DNA of 64,000 bases from Alphaproteobacteria bacterium (GCA_965243375.1 CBDEUT010000008.1:787111-851110); one strand, 5' to 3'; positions 49,823 to 59,073 are shown, counted from the stretch's first letter. Numbers and translations are program-made. The notes: generated by a model from the letters alone, not told the origin.

Positions 49823-49843
49823 CCCCCGGACTTGATCCGGGGG
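49823..49843. repeat. Perfect hairpin CCCCCGGA-CTTGA-TCCGGGGG (8-bp stem), same CTTGA loop
   Basis: Read directly. Lies between the tmoD stop (49902) and the bolA start (49707). Confidence 0.6.
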
Positions 49844-49901
49844 CCGGCCATGACGAGGCAGGGGCGGCGTACAAGACAGTGCGAATTTTTGTGGGACGCC
49901 A

Positions 49902-50225
49902 CTACAGCCGCTTCTCGAAGTAGAAGCGCATGGTGTCGTCGGTGGTCTCGATCCGGCCCGAGAACGAGCTGAGATTGACCTCTAGCTCGGCGATCTTGAA
50001 CGGCCGGCCGAGCACTCGCGCCACGGTCCCGGCCCGCACCACGCACTCGCCCTCGGTCTCCACCCTGACGTAGGCGACACGGTCCTCGACCCTGAACTCC
50101 TTGCCCGGGTTGTCTTCCTGCAAGGCCTCGACCACGGCGTCGGCGACCTCGCCCGCGCGCAGCACAGGGCCTACCGCGTTCCTGCGGGCTACCTCGTCAC
50201 CGCTCATCGCCGTCTCCTCCGCCAC
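49902..50225 (-). CDS. tmoD: Soluble diiron monooxygenase effector/coupling protein (TmoD/MmoB/DmpM family)
   Basis: 107 aa. Position and size fit the operon. The family match rests on size and context plus a weak motif. Confidence 0.65.
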   Translation of the reverse strand: MAEETAMSGDEVARRNAVGPVLRAGEVADAVVEALQEDNPGKEFRVEDRVAYVRVETEGECVVRAGTVARVLGRPFKIAELEVNLSSFSGRIETTDDTMRFYFEKRL

Positions 50226-50234
50226 GCCGCGCCG

Positions 50235-50570
50235 TCAGGGCTTGGCATGCTTGGGCTCGATGCCCTCGACGTCTACCAGCACGTCCTCGCCCTCGATCTT
50301 GACCGGGTACTGGGCGATCTCGGCATGGCCGGGGTTCACCCCCTTGCCGGCGACGATGTCGAACTCCCAGAGGTGCATCATGCAGGTCAGCACCCGGCCG
50401 TCGAGGTCGCCGTCCACCAGATCGACCTCCTGATGCGGGCATTGCGCCTGGACCGCGTGAATGCCCTCGCCTTCGACATGGACCAGCAGCACCTCGGTAC
50501 CGTCCACGTCGAAGGTCTCCATGTCGCCTTCCCAGATATCGTCCAGCGTGCAGGCTTTCTTGAACGCCAT
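50235..50570 (-). CDS. tmoC: Rieske [2Fe-2S] ferredoxin component of a multicomponent monooxygenase (TmoC-like)
   Basis: CPHQ...17 aa...CMMH is a Rieske CxH...CxxH motif. 111 aa. Confidence 0.8.
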   Translation of the reverse strand: MAFKKACTLDDIWEGDMETFDVDGTEVLLVHVEGEGIHAVQAQCPHQEVDLVDGDLDGRVLTCMMHLWEFDIVAGKGVNPGHAEIAQYPVKIEGEDVLVDVEGIEPKHAKP

Positions 50571-50602
50571 ACGTCGGTCACTCCATCCCCGGTGCGCGCG
50601 GG

Positions 50603-50875
50603 CTAACGGGGCTCTTCGAAGTAGATGTCGATGCAGTCGTAGAAGCGGATGCCCGCCTTCTCGACCGTGAGATCGCGCGGCCAGGGCGGCGCGGAGTCGT
50701 CCTGGGTGGTGGGCCGCACGCGGAGGGTCAAGCCGGGCTTGTCGGCAACGTGGAGCCCGATCGAGTGGAAGGCGCAGGTCGCCGCCACCTCGTCCATGGT
50801 CTGGCCCGGCTCGATTTCCACCGTCTTGATGTGCGCATCCTGCTGGAAGCGCGAGAGAATGGGGAACGCGCTCAT
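50603..50875 (-). CDS. tmoB: Monooxygenase hydroxylase gamma subunit (TmoB-like, about 90 aa)
   Basis: Small acidic ORF between the alpha subunit and the ferredoxin, as in tmoABCDEF operons. Confidence 0.6.
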   Translation of the reverse strand: MSAFPILSRFQQDAHIKTVEIEPGQTMDEVAATCAFHSIGLHVADKPGLTLRVRPTTQDDSAPPWPRDLTVEKAGIRFYDCIDIYFEEPR

Positions 50876-50908
50876 GCCGCCCTCAACAACGCGATGAGTG
50901 CCGCTTGG

Positions 50909-52399
50909 CTATTCCGCCGCCTGGGCGCGAAAGCCCTCGACCCAGCCGTAATCGTCGCCGTCGCGGCCGCCCTCGCTGATCACGCCGATGCCCATGTAGG
51001 TGAGCACGTTCTCCAGCGTCGGCGGGTCGATCTCTCCCGAATACATGCGGTCCACGATGGTCTCGTGGTCCTTGTAGCGCTCCGGGTCGGTATCGAAGAT
51101 CCAGCGGCACACCTCGGTGCAGAAGTTGTAGCGCCGCTCGCCGTACTCGCGCTGGTAGGCGCGCGCACCCCACTCCGGGCCCGGCCGGTGCGAGATCGGA
51201 ATCTGGCACATGTTGCAGATGATCGGGATGCACTGGGGGTGCGTCTTCTCCTCGTGCCCTTGCAGCAGGTTGTTGGTGATGACGTCCCAATAGCTGCCGT
51301 AGCTCTCGTTCCAGCCGGGGTATTTCTCCTCCAGCCACGCGCGTTCCTCGGGCCCCACCGCACCCGGCGGGTTCCACCAGACCGTCGGCCGCCACGACCA
51401 GATTCCGCCCTGCTGGCAGTGATGGTGGTTATCGATATCGAGCAGAAAGATGTCCCAATACCACGGCCGTTCCAGGCCGAGGTCCTGCACCTGCCGCTCC
51501 CACTGGTTGATCACCCACTCGTGCATGAACTCCTTGAAGGACATGTGCCGCTGCTCCAGCGGGATGTAGTAGTCCATCGGGATGCCGACGGTGATCGAGA
51601 AGAGCCGCCAGACGCGCCAGAGCGCGATGTCCATCGCCTGCTGCGCTTCCTCCTTGCGGCCGTTGCGGATCATGATCTCGATAGTGGGCGTGCCGAGCTG
51701 GGCGTGACGGGCCTCGTCCGACTGGATGCTGGTGATCAGGTTGGCGAAGGTGTGGTCGCCCATGTTGGCGGCGTCGGTGGAGAGGCCGATCATCTGCAGG
51801 TTGGTGAGCGCGGTCTCGAAGGCGAAGGAGACCATCACCGAGGACGTGATCGCGTCCCGCGTCATCATGATGTCGTCCATGGCGTGACGCCCGCCGAGCA
51901 CCGCCCAGTTCTTGGAATGCTGCGCCTGGTGGGCCCAGTCGTACTGGCGGTCCAGGTGCACCAGCTCGTGCGGGAAGAAGAGCTGGAGCTGGGTGTGCCG
52001 CAGCTCGTCGAGCATGCCGTAGACCGACATGTTGCGCATCGCCGGAGACGGGCCGAAGCGCGACATCCGCGCCTGGAACTGGCAGGCCTGATACTCGGTG
52101 AGCGCCACGGCGCCGTAGTGCAGCTTGAGCACGCTGGCCCAGCCCTCGTCGGCCTGGTCGTAGAACTTGGACCGCGCCAGTGCCGCCTTCACCGAGTAGG
52201 CGGCGGAATCCTTCTCGCGCTGGATGTTCACGTACTCGCGGTAGGAGACCTTGTAGGGCTCGTCGAAGGTCTCCCACTCCTCGGTGGGAATGCCGTAGGG
52301 ATCGCCCATCTCGGGCGGAAACAGCTCCTCCTGCGCGACGTAGGAGGGCGTCCAGTTGGTATCCCGCGCGATATCGTACCACTCGGAGCGTTCGAGCAT
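50909..52399 (-). CDS. tmoA: Soluble diiron monooxygenase hydroxylase alpha subunit (group-2, toluene/alkene monooxygenase TmoA-like)
   Basis: 496 aa. Diiron ligand helices MLDELRHTQLQ (E..H) and QSDEARHAQLG (E..H). The N-terminus WYDIARDTNWTPSYV and the WNPP region are colinear with T4MO TmoA. GGGAGG RBS. Confidence 0.9.
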   Translation of the reverse strand: MLERSEWYDIARDTNWTPSYVAQEELFPPEMGDPYGIPTEEWETFDEPYKVSYREYVNIQREKDSAAYSVKAALARSKFYDQADEGWASVLKLHYGAVALTEYQACQFQARMSRFGPSPAMRNMSVYGMLDELRHTQLQLFFPHELVHLDRQYDWAHQAQHSKNWAVLGGRHAMDDIMMTRDAITSSVMVSFAFETALTNLQMIGLSTDAANMGDHTFANLITSIQSDEARHAQLGTPTIEIMIRNGRKEEAQQAMDIALWRVWRLFSITVGIPMDYYIPLEQRHMSFKEFMHEWVINQWERQVQDLGLERPWYWDIFLLDIDNHHHCQQGGIWSWRPTVWWNPPGAVGPEERAWLEEKYPGWNESYGSYWDVITNNLLQGHEEKTHPQCIPIICNMCQIPISHRPGPEWGARAYQREYGERRYNFCTEVCRWIFDTDPERYKDHETIVDRMYSGEIDPPTLENVLTYMGIGVISEGGRDGDDYGWVEGFRAQAAE

Positions 52400-52478
52400 C
52401 GCCGGCCTCCCGCACGCTGACATTTCCGGGGCGCCGCGGCCTTGCGCCGCAGCCGCAGCAACGCCCGCCATTGTCATG

Positions 52479-53402
52479 TCATCGCGGGGCGGACGCAAGC
52501 AGGGACCCCGAGCGCCAAGGCGCAAGCGCCTCAAGAGCCCGATCCGGATAGTCCGACACGATCCCATCGACGCCGAGCCGGGCGAGCGCCTCCATGTCGG
52601 GCACCTCGTTCACCGTCCAGACGATGACCTTGAGGCCGAGCGTCCGGGCTTTGGCGAGCGCGGCTGCCGTCAGGTCGGCATGGAAGGGCAACCAGACCGG
52701 CGCCCCGAACCGATGGACCAGCCGCGGCACCGAGCCGCCTTCCGCGTCGAGACTCAGGCCCGCCATCCAGGGCGAGGGCTCGGCCCGGCCGCGCAGCACG
52801 GTGTCGCGCCAGCCTCGTTCGGAGGTCAGGCAGGCGATTGAGATGTCCGGCGCAAGCGTGCGCAACGCCCGAAGCACGCGCCAGTCGAAGGACTGGACGG
52901 TCGCCCGGCAGACCGTCCCCTCCGCCCGCAGCACCTCTGCCACCGCCCGCGCGAGCGCCTCCGGTCCCGCCGATTCGTGCGGCTCCAGCGGCGACGACTT
53001 GATCTCGACATTGAAGCGGACCGCGCCGGCTGCCGGCCGCCGCCCCAGCGCCAGGACGTCCGCCAGAGTGGGGATTCGCGCGCCGTCGCGCGGCTCCTGG
53101 TGCGGGAACCGCAGGGCTGTCCGGCTGCCCGGCCAGGCTCTGCCGACATCGAGGCCGGACAGTTCCGCCACGTCCAGGTCCTTGAGCAACGGCCCCGGTC
53201 GTTCCAGCCACGCCCCGCCGGCGTCGCGCGTATGGTCCGGGTTGAGCGCCGTGTCGTGATAGACGACGGGAACGCCGTCCCGGGTCATGCAGACGTCGAA
53301 CTCCAGCGCATCGACGCCGAGAGCGATGGCGCGCTCGAACCCGGGTAGCGTGTTCTCCGGCAGCAATCCGCGCGCGCCGCGATGGCCGTGTATCTCCAAC
53401 AT
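52479..53402 (-). CDS. Glycerophosphodiester phosphodiesterase family protein
   Basis: MLEIHGHRGARGLLPENTLPGFERAIALGVDALEFDV matches the GDPD HR(G) and E-D motifs. Confidence 0.8.
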   Translation of the reverse strand: MLEIHGHRGARGLLPENTLPGFERAIALGVDALEFDVCMTRDGVPVVYHDTALNPDHTRDAGGAWLERPGPLLKDLDVAELSGLDVGRAWPGSRTALRFPHQEPRDGARIPTLADVLALGRRPAAGAVRFNVEIKSSPLEPHESAGPEALARAVAEVLRAEGTVCRATVQSFDWRVLRALRTLAPDISIACLTSERGWRDTVLRGRAEPSPWMAGLSLDAEGGSVPRLVHRFGAPVWLPFHADLTAAALAKARTLGLKVIVWTVNEVPDMEALARLGVDGIVSDYPDRALEALAPWRSGSLLASAPR

Positions 53403-53492
53403 CCGCGCGGCATCATAGCGGAACGGCGCGGGCGCCGAGGCCACACCCGCCACGGCCAGGGACGCGCCTCAGGATCTCTTGTCCGGGATGAA

Positions 53493-53646
53493 CTGGGATT
53501 AAGTGGGATTCACCGGAATAGGTGGGATTCACCGGGATAGGTGGGATTCGCCGGGACAGGTGGGATTCGACGGGACAGGTGGGATTCGACGGGACAGGTG
53601 GGATTCGACGGGATTAAGTGGGATAAGTGGGATTCTGTGGGACGAG
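53493..53646. repeat. Direct tandem array of a 19-bp unit (consensus GGTGGGATTCGACGGGACA), about 7 copies, degenerating at both ends
   Basis: Units at 53502, 53521, 53540, 53559, 53578 and 53597, plus truncated units to 53646. The period of 19 is not a multiple of 3. No spacers are present. Confidence 0.85.
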
Positions 53647-53800
53647 CAGCGGCCGACGCAAGACGCGGCCACTCGACCGGGAAGCCGCCTCTTAGCAGCT
53701 GTCATGCGCTGTCCACCCTCGTTCCGCATGGCGCGATGATGGCGCGAGCCACGCGCCCCGTGCACCGCACCATGATCCGGGGCGTCGGGACAAATGCGGA

Positions 53801-54499
53801 CTACTCGGAGGAACGAAGGGCGCCGAACACCCCGGTAAGGCCATCGCGGGCGAAGGTGCCGGCGGCGCCTTCATGGTTCGTGCCGTAGAAGCATCCATCG
53901 ATGCCCGCGGTTCCGCTCCCGAACCCGCCATTGTCCAGGGCGAGACCGTCCCAGGACATGTCGACCCGGTCGTTGCCGAAGTTCGTGAAGTCGACATCGA
54001 CCGTTACGGCTGCGAAATCGACCTCCAACCGCGCGTCGCCCTCGACTGGCGCATGGGTCGTGACGGACGTTCCCTCGGAGTTCACAACGTCCTCAGTCTC
54101 GTAGGCGTGGACATCGCCGATCCAGATAGCGCTCACGTTGACTGGCGAGGATCCCGACCGCGTACCGTCCACCGTCGCGGTGACGGTCCCGTCGGTCTCG
54201 CTCGTCAGGTGCGCCCAGAAAATCGTGTCGCCTGCGGGAGGACATCCAATGGCCGTACACGTGACATAGTCGGCTCTGAGGACTCCTCCCCATGCCCCCC
54301 ACCGAAAAAACTCGGCGGTCAAGGCAACTCCACCGCCATTGATCGGGACAACTCGAAATTCGCCCGTGGTGCTCAGCGTGGTTTCACTGACTGGCTGAAC
54401 CGGCTCCGTGGTCATCGTACCTTCGACGCCACTGCTGCCCCCGCCGCCGCATCCAGCGACCAGCAACAGCGTGCACCCGAGAACTGCTATACGTCTCAT
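53801..54499 (-). CDS. Surface lipoprotein with TbpB/HpuA-like C-terminal beta-barrel (Lipoprotein_5-type)
   Basis: Lipobox LLLVAGC after a signal peptide. C-terminal ...GCFYGTNHEGAAGTFARDGLTGVFGA is the characteristic closing strand motif. Confidence 0.65.
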   Translation of the reverse strand: MRRIAVLGCTLLLVAGCGGGGSSGVEGTMTTEPVQPVSETTLSTTGEFRVVPINGGGVALTAEFFRWGAWGGVLRADYVTCTAIGCPPAGDTIFWAHLTSETDGTVTATVDGTRSGSSPVNVSAIWIGDVHAYETEDVVNSEGTSVTTHAPVEGDARLEVDFAAVTVDVDFTNFGNDRVDMSWDGLALDNGGFGSGTAGIDGCFYGTNHEGAAGTFARDGLTGVFGALRSSE

Positions 54500-54517
54500 T
54501 TCCCGCCTCCAGCGCCC

Positions 54518-55498
54518 CTAGCCCAACAGATCGAGGCACGCATCCACGATGTGCTGGGCGCTCATGCCGTAGCGGGCACGGATGCGGTCGGTGGGGCCGA
54601 CGACGGCGAACTCGTCCGGCATGCCGACCAGGCGCATGGGCGTCGGCCGCTTGACCGCCAGCAGCTCCGCCACCGCGCCGCCGAGCCCGCCGGTCAGATG
54701 ATGCTCCTCGGCGGTGACGATACCGCGCGTCTCCTCGGCGGCAGCGAGGATCGCGTCCTCGTCCAGCGGCTTGATCGTGGACATGTTGAGGACGCGCGCG
54801 CTGACTCCCTGCTCGGCAAGCTCCTTCGCCGCGTCCACCGCCGGCGCAACCAGAGCTCCGCAGGCGATCACGGCGACGTCCGAGCCCTCGGCAAGGCACG
54901 CGGCCCGGCCCAGGCCGAACGGTGCATCGACCGGCGTCACCGGGGGCTCCGGCACGCGCCCGCCGAGCCGAATGTAGGCGGGGCCGTCGATCTCGTCCGT
55001 CGCCAGCGTCGCGTGCCACGCCTCGTGGGCGTCCGCCGGCACCACGACCGTCATGTTGGGCAGGCTCCGCATCAGCGCCAGGTCCTCCAGCGCATGATGG
55101 GTGCCGCCCGAGACGCCGAGGGAGATCCCGCTTGCCGCCGCCCCGATCACCACGCGCTGATTGGCATAGGCGACCTCGTTGCGGATCTGCTCCATGGAGC
55201 GCGCGGTGATGAAGGGCGCATAGCCGCAGACGAAGGGGCGCAGCCCAGAGGTGGCAAGCCCGGCGCCAACCCCCATGGCATTCTGCTCGGCGATGCCGAC
55301 GTCGATGACACGGTCCGGCGCATGCTCGACGAGGCCCCGGAGCCCGATCAGGTCGAGGGTATCTGCCGAGACCGCCACCACCCGCTCGTCGCGCCGGCCG
55401 AGCTCGGTCACCGCAAGCCCGAAGGCCAATCGCGATTGATTGGCCACCGCCTTGACCCAGGCGGGCTCGGCCCCGTTGCCCTGCTGCGCTGCGCTCAT
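54518..55498 (-). CDS. Transketolase family protein, C-terminal (pyrimidine-binding/TKC) subunit
   Basis: 326 aa. AEQNAMGVGAGLA and TGGLGGAVAE-like motifs. Overlaps the upstream subunit by 4 bp. Confidence 0.85.
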   Translation of the reverse strand: MSAAQQGNGAEPAWVKAVANQSRLAFGLAVTELGRRDERVVAVSADTLDLIGLRGLVEHAPDRVIDVGIAEQNAMGVGAGLATSGLRPFVCGYAPFITARSMEQIRNEVAYANQRVVIGAAASGISLGVSGGTHHALEDLALMRSLPNMTVVVPADAHEAWHATLATDEIDGPAYIRLGGRVPEPPVTPVDAPFGLGRAACLAEGSDVAVIACGALVAPAVDAAKELAEQGVSARVLNMSTIKPLDEDAILAAAEETRGIVTAEEHHLTGGLGGAVAELLAVKRPTPMRLVGMPDEFAVVGPTDRIRARYGMSAQHIVDACLDLLG

Positions 55499-56325
55499 GC
55501 GGGCTCTCCCAACTCGGCCATGGCCTTCTCGTACACCTCGTCGCTGACGGCGTTGTTGTGCCAGAGGTAGGTATCCTCGGCGAAGCTCGCACCCTTGCCC
55601 TTCACCGTATGCGCGATGAGCAGCGAGGGCGTGTCGGGCGCGGCTGGCAGCGCGTCCAGGGCATCAACGATCTCCGCCATGTCGTGCCCGTCGCACTCGC
55701 GCACGGACCAGCCGAAGGTCCGCCACTTGTCGGCGAGCGGCTCCAGCCCCAGCATCTCGTGGACGTGGCCGCTCTGCTGCACCTTGTTGTAGTCGAGGAT
55801 GGCGGTGAGCCGGAGCGGCGCGAGGTGGGCTGCGGCCATCGCCGCCTCCCAGTTGGAGCCTTCTTGCAGCTCGCCGTCGCCCAGCATCACCACGGTGCGC
55901 CAGTCCCTGCCCTGCACCTTGGACCCGAGCGCCATGCCGAGCCCGACGGAGAGGCCGTGGCCGAGTGCGCCGGTGCACATCTCGATGCCGGGGACCTTGA
56001 TGTCGGGATGCATGCCGAACAGCGATTCGAAGCCGTAGAAGGTGTCGATGAAGCCGTCGTCCACGAAACCGGCCTGGGCCAGCACCGCGCCGAGCGCCGT
56101 GTTGGCGTGCCCCTTGGAGAGCACGAAGCGGTCGCGCTCGGGCCAGTCGGGCTCCTCGGGCCGCAGCCTGAGGTGGTGGAAGTAGAGCGCCGCCAGCAGG
56201 TCGGCCGCAGAGAGCGAGCCCCCCATGTGGCCGGAGCCCGCCGCTCGCAGCGCCCGCCACGTGTTGCGCCGGATCTGCAGCGCCTGCTCGCGCAACCCGC
56301 GCAGCAGCGCCTCCCTGTTGCTCAC
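55495..56325 (-). CDS. Transketolase N-terminal (thiamine-diphosphate-binding) subunit
   Basis: SGHMGGSLSAADLL and GDGELQEGSNWEA (ThDP motif). GTG start at 56325 after a GAGGGAGG RBS. Confidence 0.85.
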   Translation of the reverse strand: MSNREALLRGLREQALQIRRNTWRALRAAGSGHMGGSLSAADLLAALYFHHLRLRPEEPDWPERDRFVLSKGHANTALGAVLAQAGFVDDGFIDTFYGFESLFGMHPDIKVPGIEMCTGALGHGLSVGLGMALGSKVQGRDWRTVVMLGDGELQEGSNWEAAMAAAHLAPLRLTAILDYNKVQQSGHVHEMLGLEPLADKWRTFGWSVRECDGHDMAEIVDALDALPAAPDTPSLLIAHTVKGKGASFAEDTYLWHNNAVSDEVYEKAMAELGEPA

Positions 56326-56520
56326 CGTCCCGGCCTCCCTCTGGGTCCCCACGCAGTGCAACACGGCCCGCCCACTCCTGGGCGAGCAGTCACGCCCTCT
56401 CTTTACCATGGCGGCTGAGGCCGACCACCACCCGGCTCGACTCGAGGGAGCTTGGCGATCTGGAAAATCCCGTATTCGACTCGGCCGAGCCGCCGGATTG
56501 TCCGAATGGACGTGGCCACC

Positions 56521-57165
56521 TCAGGGCTCAGGCCGGATGAAGCGAAACCCTTCCCGCAATCCGGCGATGTCAATTCTTCCCCAGCACCGGGCGGTCAAGT
56601 GCGCGCCCCTCGGTGGGAATGCCCCGTGAATCACCTTGATGCCCCTGGTCTCAAGGAATTCGGCCACCGGCACGAAGTCGCGGTCGGACGAGACCAGAAC
56701 TGCGACGTCGTAGTTGTCGACCCAGGCGAGGCTGATCATGTCTGTTGCCATGCGGACATCGACGCCTTTCTCCTCGGTCCCGCGCATGTCGGCACCGCAA
56801 GCAGGGCATTCACCCACTGCCGTATGGCAGGTAGGGCACGCGGGCGGCGAACGCTTCCTCTGACGCGGAACGATCGACACGCTCACGCCGGGAAACGTGT
56901 CCACCACTCTCGTCGCCCATCGGTGAAGTCTTCGGTCCGCTTCACTCGCCGGGTCGTATGAACCGTAGAAATTCAGTCCCTGATACTCGCCAGCGGCGGC
57001 TGCATCGACCACCGCAACAGCAGCGCGGGAAAGCACCGGTCCAAGACGAGACCAGTCCGTGCGGAAAGCCTCGTCCGTATCCCGCATGGAGAGAGTGAAG
57101 TTCCAGAAATCAACGAACACCCTCACGCGATGGCGCGGTCCCGGAGCTGGCTCGTCATCGGGCAT
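56521..57165 (-). CDS. NYN/LabA-like domain protein with inserted Cys4 zinc ribbon
   Basis: VFVDFWNF NYN start. CPTCHTAVGECPACG zinc ribbon. VLVSSDRDF. Confidence 0.7.
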   Translation of the reverse strand: MPDDEPAPGPRHRVRVFVDFWNFTLSMRDTDEAFRTDWSRLGPVLSRAAVAVVDAAAAGEYQGLNFYGSYDPASEADRRLHRWATRVVDTFPGVSVSIVPRQRKRSPPACPTCHTAVGECPACGADMRGTEEKGVDVRMATDMISLAWVDNYDVAVLVSSDRDFVPVAEFLETRGIKVIHGAFPPRGAHLTARCWGRIDIAGLREGFRFIRPEP

Positions 57166-57423
57166 TCTGGAACCCGCAAAGTACAGGGACGCGCAAGGCG
57201 TCCCTGGGGTGGTGATAATCGGATTCCGTGTCTCCCTGTCTGGGCGGCAATCCGATGGGTTGTGTTGGTGCAGAATTTATGCCCGCAGAATAGGGTTTGC
57301 AACCTGGTTTGTGAGCCGGCAAATCAGGGCTTGTCACACCCATTCGAGCCGACGGCGCAGCGCAGCCCGGCTCCGCTGGCCCTCCAGTTCCGCTTGCAAC
57401 GAATTGTCCTTAGGCTTGGCGCC

Positions 57424-57822
57424 ATGAGCGAGCGCAACTCACACGCGCCGAGCGCGGCTGACATCGAGCTGATCGCGGATCACGAATACCGCCGCATCCC
57501 CGCGTTCATGCGCGACAAGGTCGACCCGGTGATGATCCGGGTCGTGGACTTTCCCAGCGACGAGGTGCAGGAGGAGATGGAGCTGGAGAGCCCCTACGAG
57601 CTGCTCGGCCTCTACCAGGGCGTCTCCCTCGACCAGAGCGGGGTCCACGACATCCGCGAGGATGTCGACCTGATCTTCCTCTACCGCCGGCCGCTGCTCG
57701 ACTACTGGGTCGAGACCGGCAACAGCCTGGAGGACGTGGTCCGCCACGTGCTGATCCACGAGATCGGCCACCATTTCGGCCTCTCGGACGATGACATGGA
57801 ACGGATCGAGGAAGCCGGATGA
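57424..57822 (+). CDS. Small putative zinc metallopeptidase (HExxH)
   Basis: 132 aa with LIHEIGHHFGLSDDDME. Confidence 0.65.
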   Translation: MSERNSHAPSAADIELIADHEYRRIPAFMRDKVDPVMIRVVDFPSDEVQEEMELESPYELLGLYQGVSLDQSGVHDIREDVDLIFLYRRPLLDYWVETGNSLEDVVRHVLIHEIGHHFGLSDDDMERIEEAG

Positions 57823-57840
57823 GACGGGGTGCGCCGGTGG

Positions 57841-58392
57841 CTACTCTTCTGCATCCATCAGCGGATAGCTCGCCTCTATCTCGTAGTGCGCGCTGCCTGC
57901 GCCGAGGTGGCTGGAGAAAAGCTCGAACGAGCGCACCGCGAATGGCCCGCTGCTGAACGGCCCGTGGTAGGAAACGAACTCCTGAAGCCGGTGTGCAGGC
58001 ACCCGCGACGCGAAGCGCGCGAGGGTCACGTGCGGCGCATAGTTGCGGCCGTCGGGCTCGAACCCGAGGTCGGTGATGGCGGCCTCGGTGCGCTCCCGCA
58101 GGCGCATGAGCGCGGGGTTCGGCGCGACTCCGGCCCACAGGATTCGCGCCTTCCCGCGCGGCGGAAAGTGGCCGACGCCTTCCAGCGTGAGCGAGAACGC
58201 CTCCGCCTCGATGTCTGCGAGCGCGTCCACGATCTCGGCGAAGGCAGCGCCGTCGACCTCGCCGATGAAGCGGAGCGTGAGGTGCATCTGCTCCGCGCTC
58301 TGCCAGCGCGCGCCGGGCAGGCCGCCCCCCAGCATCTCGAGCCGGCAGCGCAGGTCCTCCGGAAGCGAAAGCGCGACGAAGAGCCGGGTCAT
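57841..58392 (-). CDS. thpR: RNA 2',3'-cyclic phosphodiesterase (ThpR/LigT, 2H family)
   Basis: Two H-x-T-x motifs: HLTLRF and HVTLAR. 183 aa. Confidence 0.8.
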   Translation of the reverse strand: MTRLFVALSLPEDLRCRLEMLGGGLPGARWQSAEQMHLTLRFIGEVDGAAFAEIVDALADIEAEAFSLTLEGVGHFPPRGKARILWAGVAPNPALMRLRERTEAAITDLGFEPDGRNYAPHVTLARFASRVPAHRLQEFVSYHGPFSSGPFAVRSFELFSSHLGAGSAHYEIEASYPLMDAEE

Positions 58393-58416
58393 CGGGCAGT
58401 CCCCCTCCCCTACCCT

Positions 58417-59073
58417 TCAGCCGCCCTTGTGCCCGGCGATGACGGCCACCACATGCGGCATAATGCGGCGGACGATCTCGGCCACGCCGTCTGCGTTGGG
58501 ATGAATGCCGTCCGACTGGTTGAGATGGGGCTCCATGGCCACCCCCTCGAGGAAGAAGGGATAGAACGCGACCCCATGCTCGGCGGCGAGACGCTCATAG
58601 ACCGCACGAAACGCGGCTTCATAGTCGGGGCCGAAGTTGGCCGGCGCCCGCATGCCGGCGAGCAGCACCGTCGATCCGGAGCTGCGGGTTTGCGCAAGGA
58701 TCGCGTCGAGATTGGCCTCCATCCGGTCGGTCGGCAGGCCGCGCAGGCCGTCGTTGGCGCCGAGCTCGACGATCACGACCTCGGGCTCGTCGGCGAGCAC
58801 CCAGTCGAGCCGCGCCAGCCCGCCGGCGCTGGTATCGCCGGAGACCCCGGCGTCGACCACTTGCCAGGCGTGGCCCCCGGCCCTGAGCGCGGCTTCAAGA
58901 CGCGCCGGGAAGGCGTCCTCTTTCGGCAGCCCGAAGCCTGCGGTCAGGCTGTCGCCGAGCACGGCGATTCGGGGCTCCCCGGCGGCGGACGTCGGGCCGA
59001 GAAGCAGGAGCCACGCGCACAAGGCGGCTCCGATCCACGCTACAACGCGGCCGGGGGAGCGGCGGGATGACAT
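58417..59073 (-). CDS. SGNH/GDSL arylesterase (TesA-like), secreted
   Basis: Signal peptide, then GDSLTAG block I, a GANDG block and a DGIHPN block V. Confidence 0.8.
   Translation of the reverse strand: MSSRRSPGRVVAWIGAALCAWLLLLGPTSAAGEPRIAVLGDSLTAGFGLPKEDAFPARLEAALRAGGHAWQVVDAGVSGDTSAGGLARLDWVLADEPEVVIVELGANDGLRGLPTDRMEANLDAILAQTRSSGSTVLLAGMRAPANFGPDYEAAFRAVYERLAAEHGVAFYPFFLEGVAMEPHLNQSDGIHPNADGVAEIVRRIMPHVVAVIAGHKGG

Noticed and set aside
53493-53646. CRISPR array
   Set aside because: The repeats are directly abutting with no spacers and no cas genes. It is a tandem repeat or iteron-like array.
53493-53646. Plasmid iteron origin
   Set aside because: No rep/par genes are nearby. It is kept as a hypothesis in the findings rather than called a feature.
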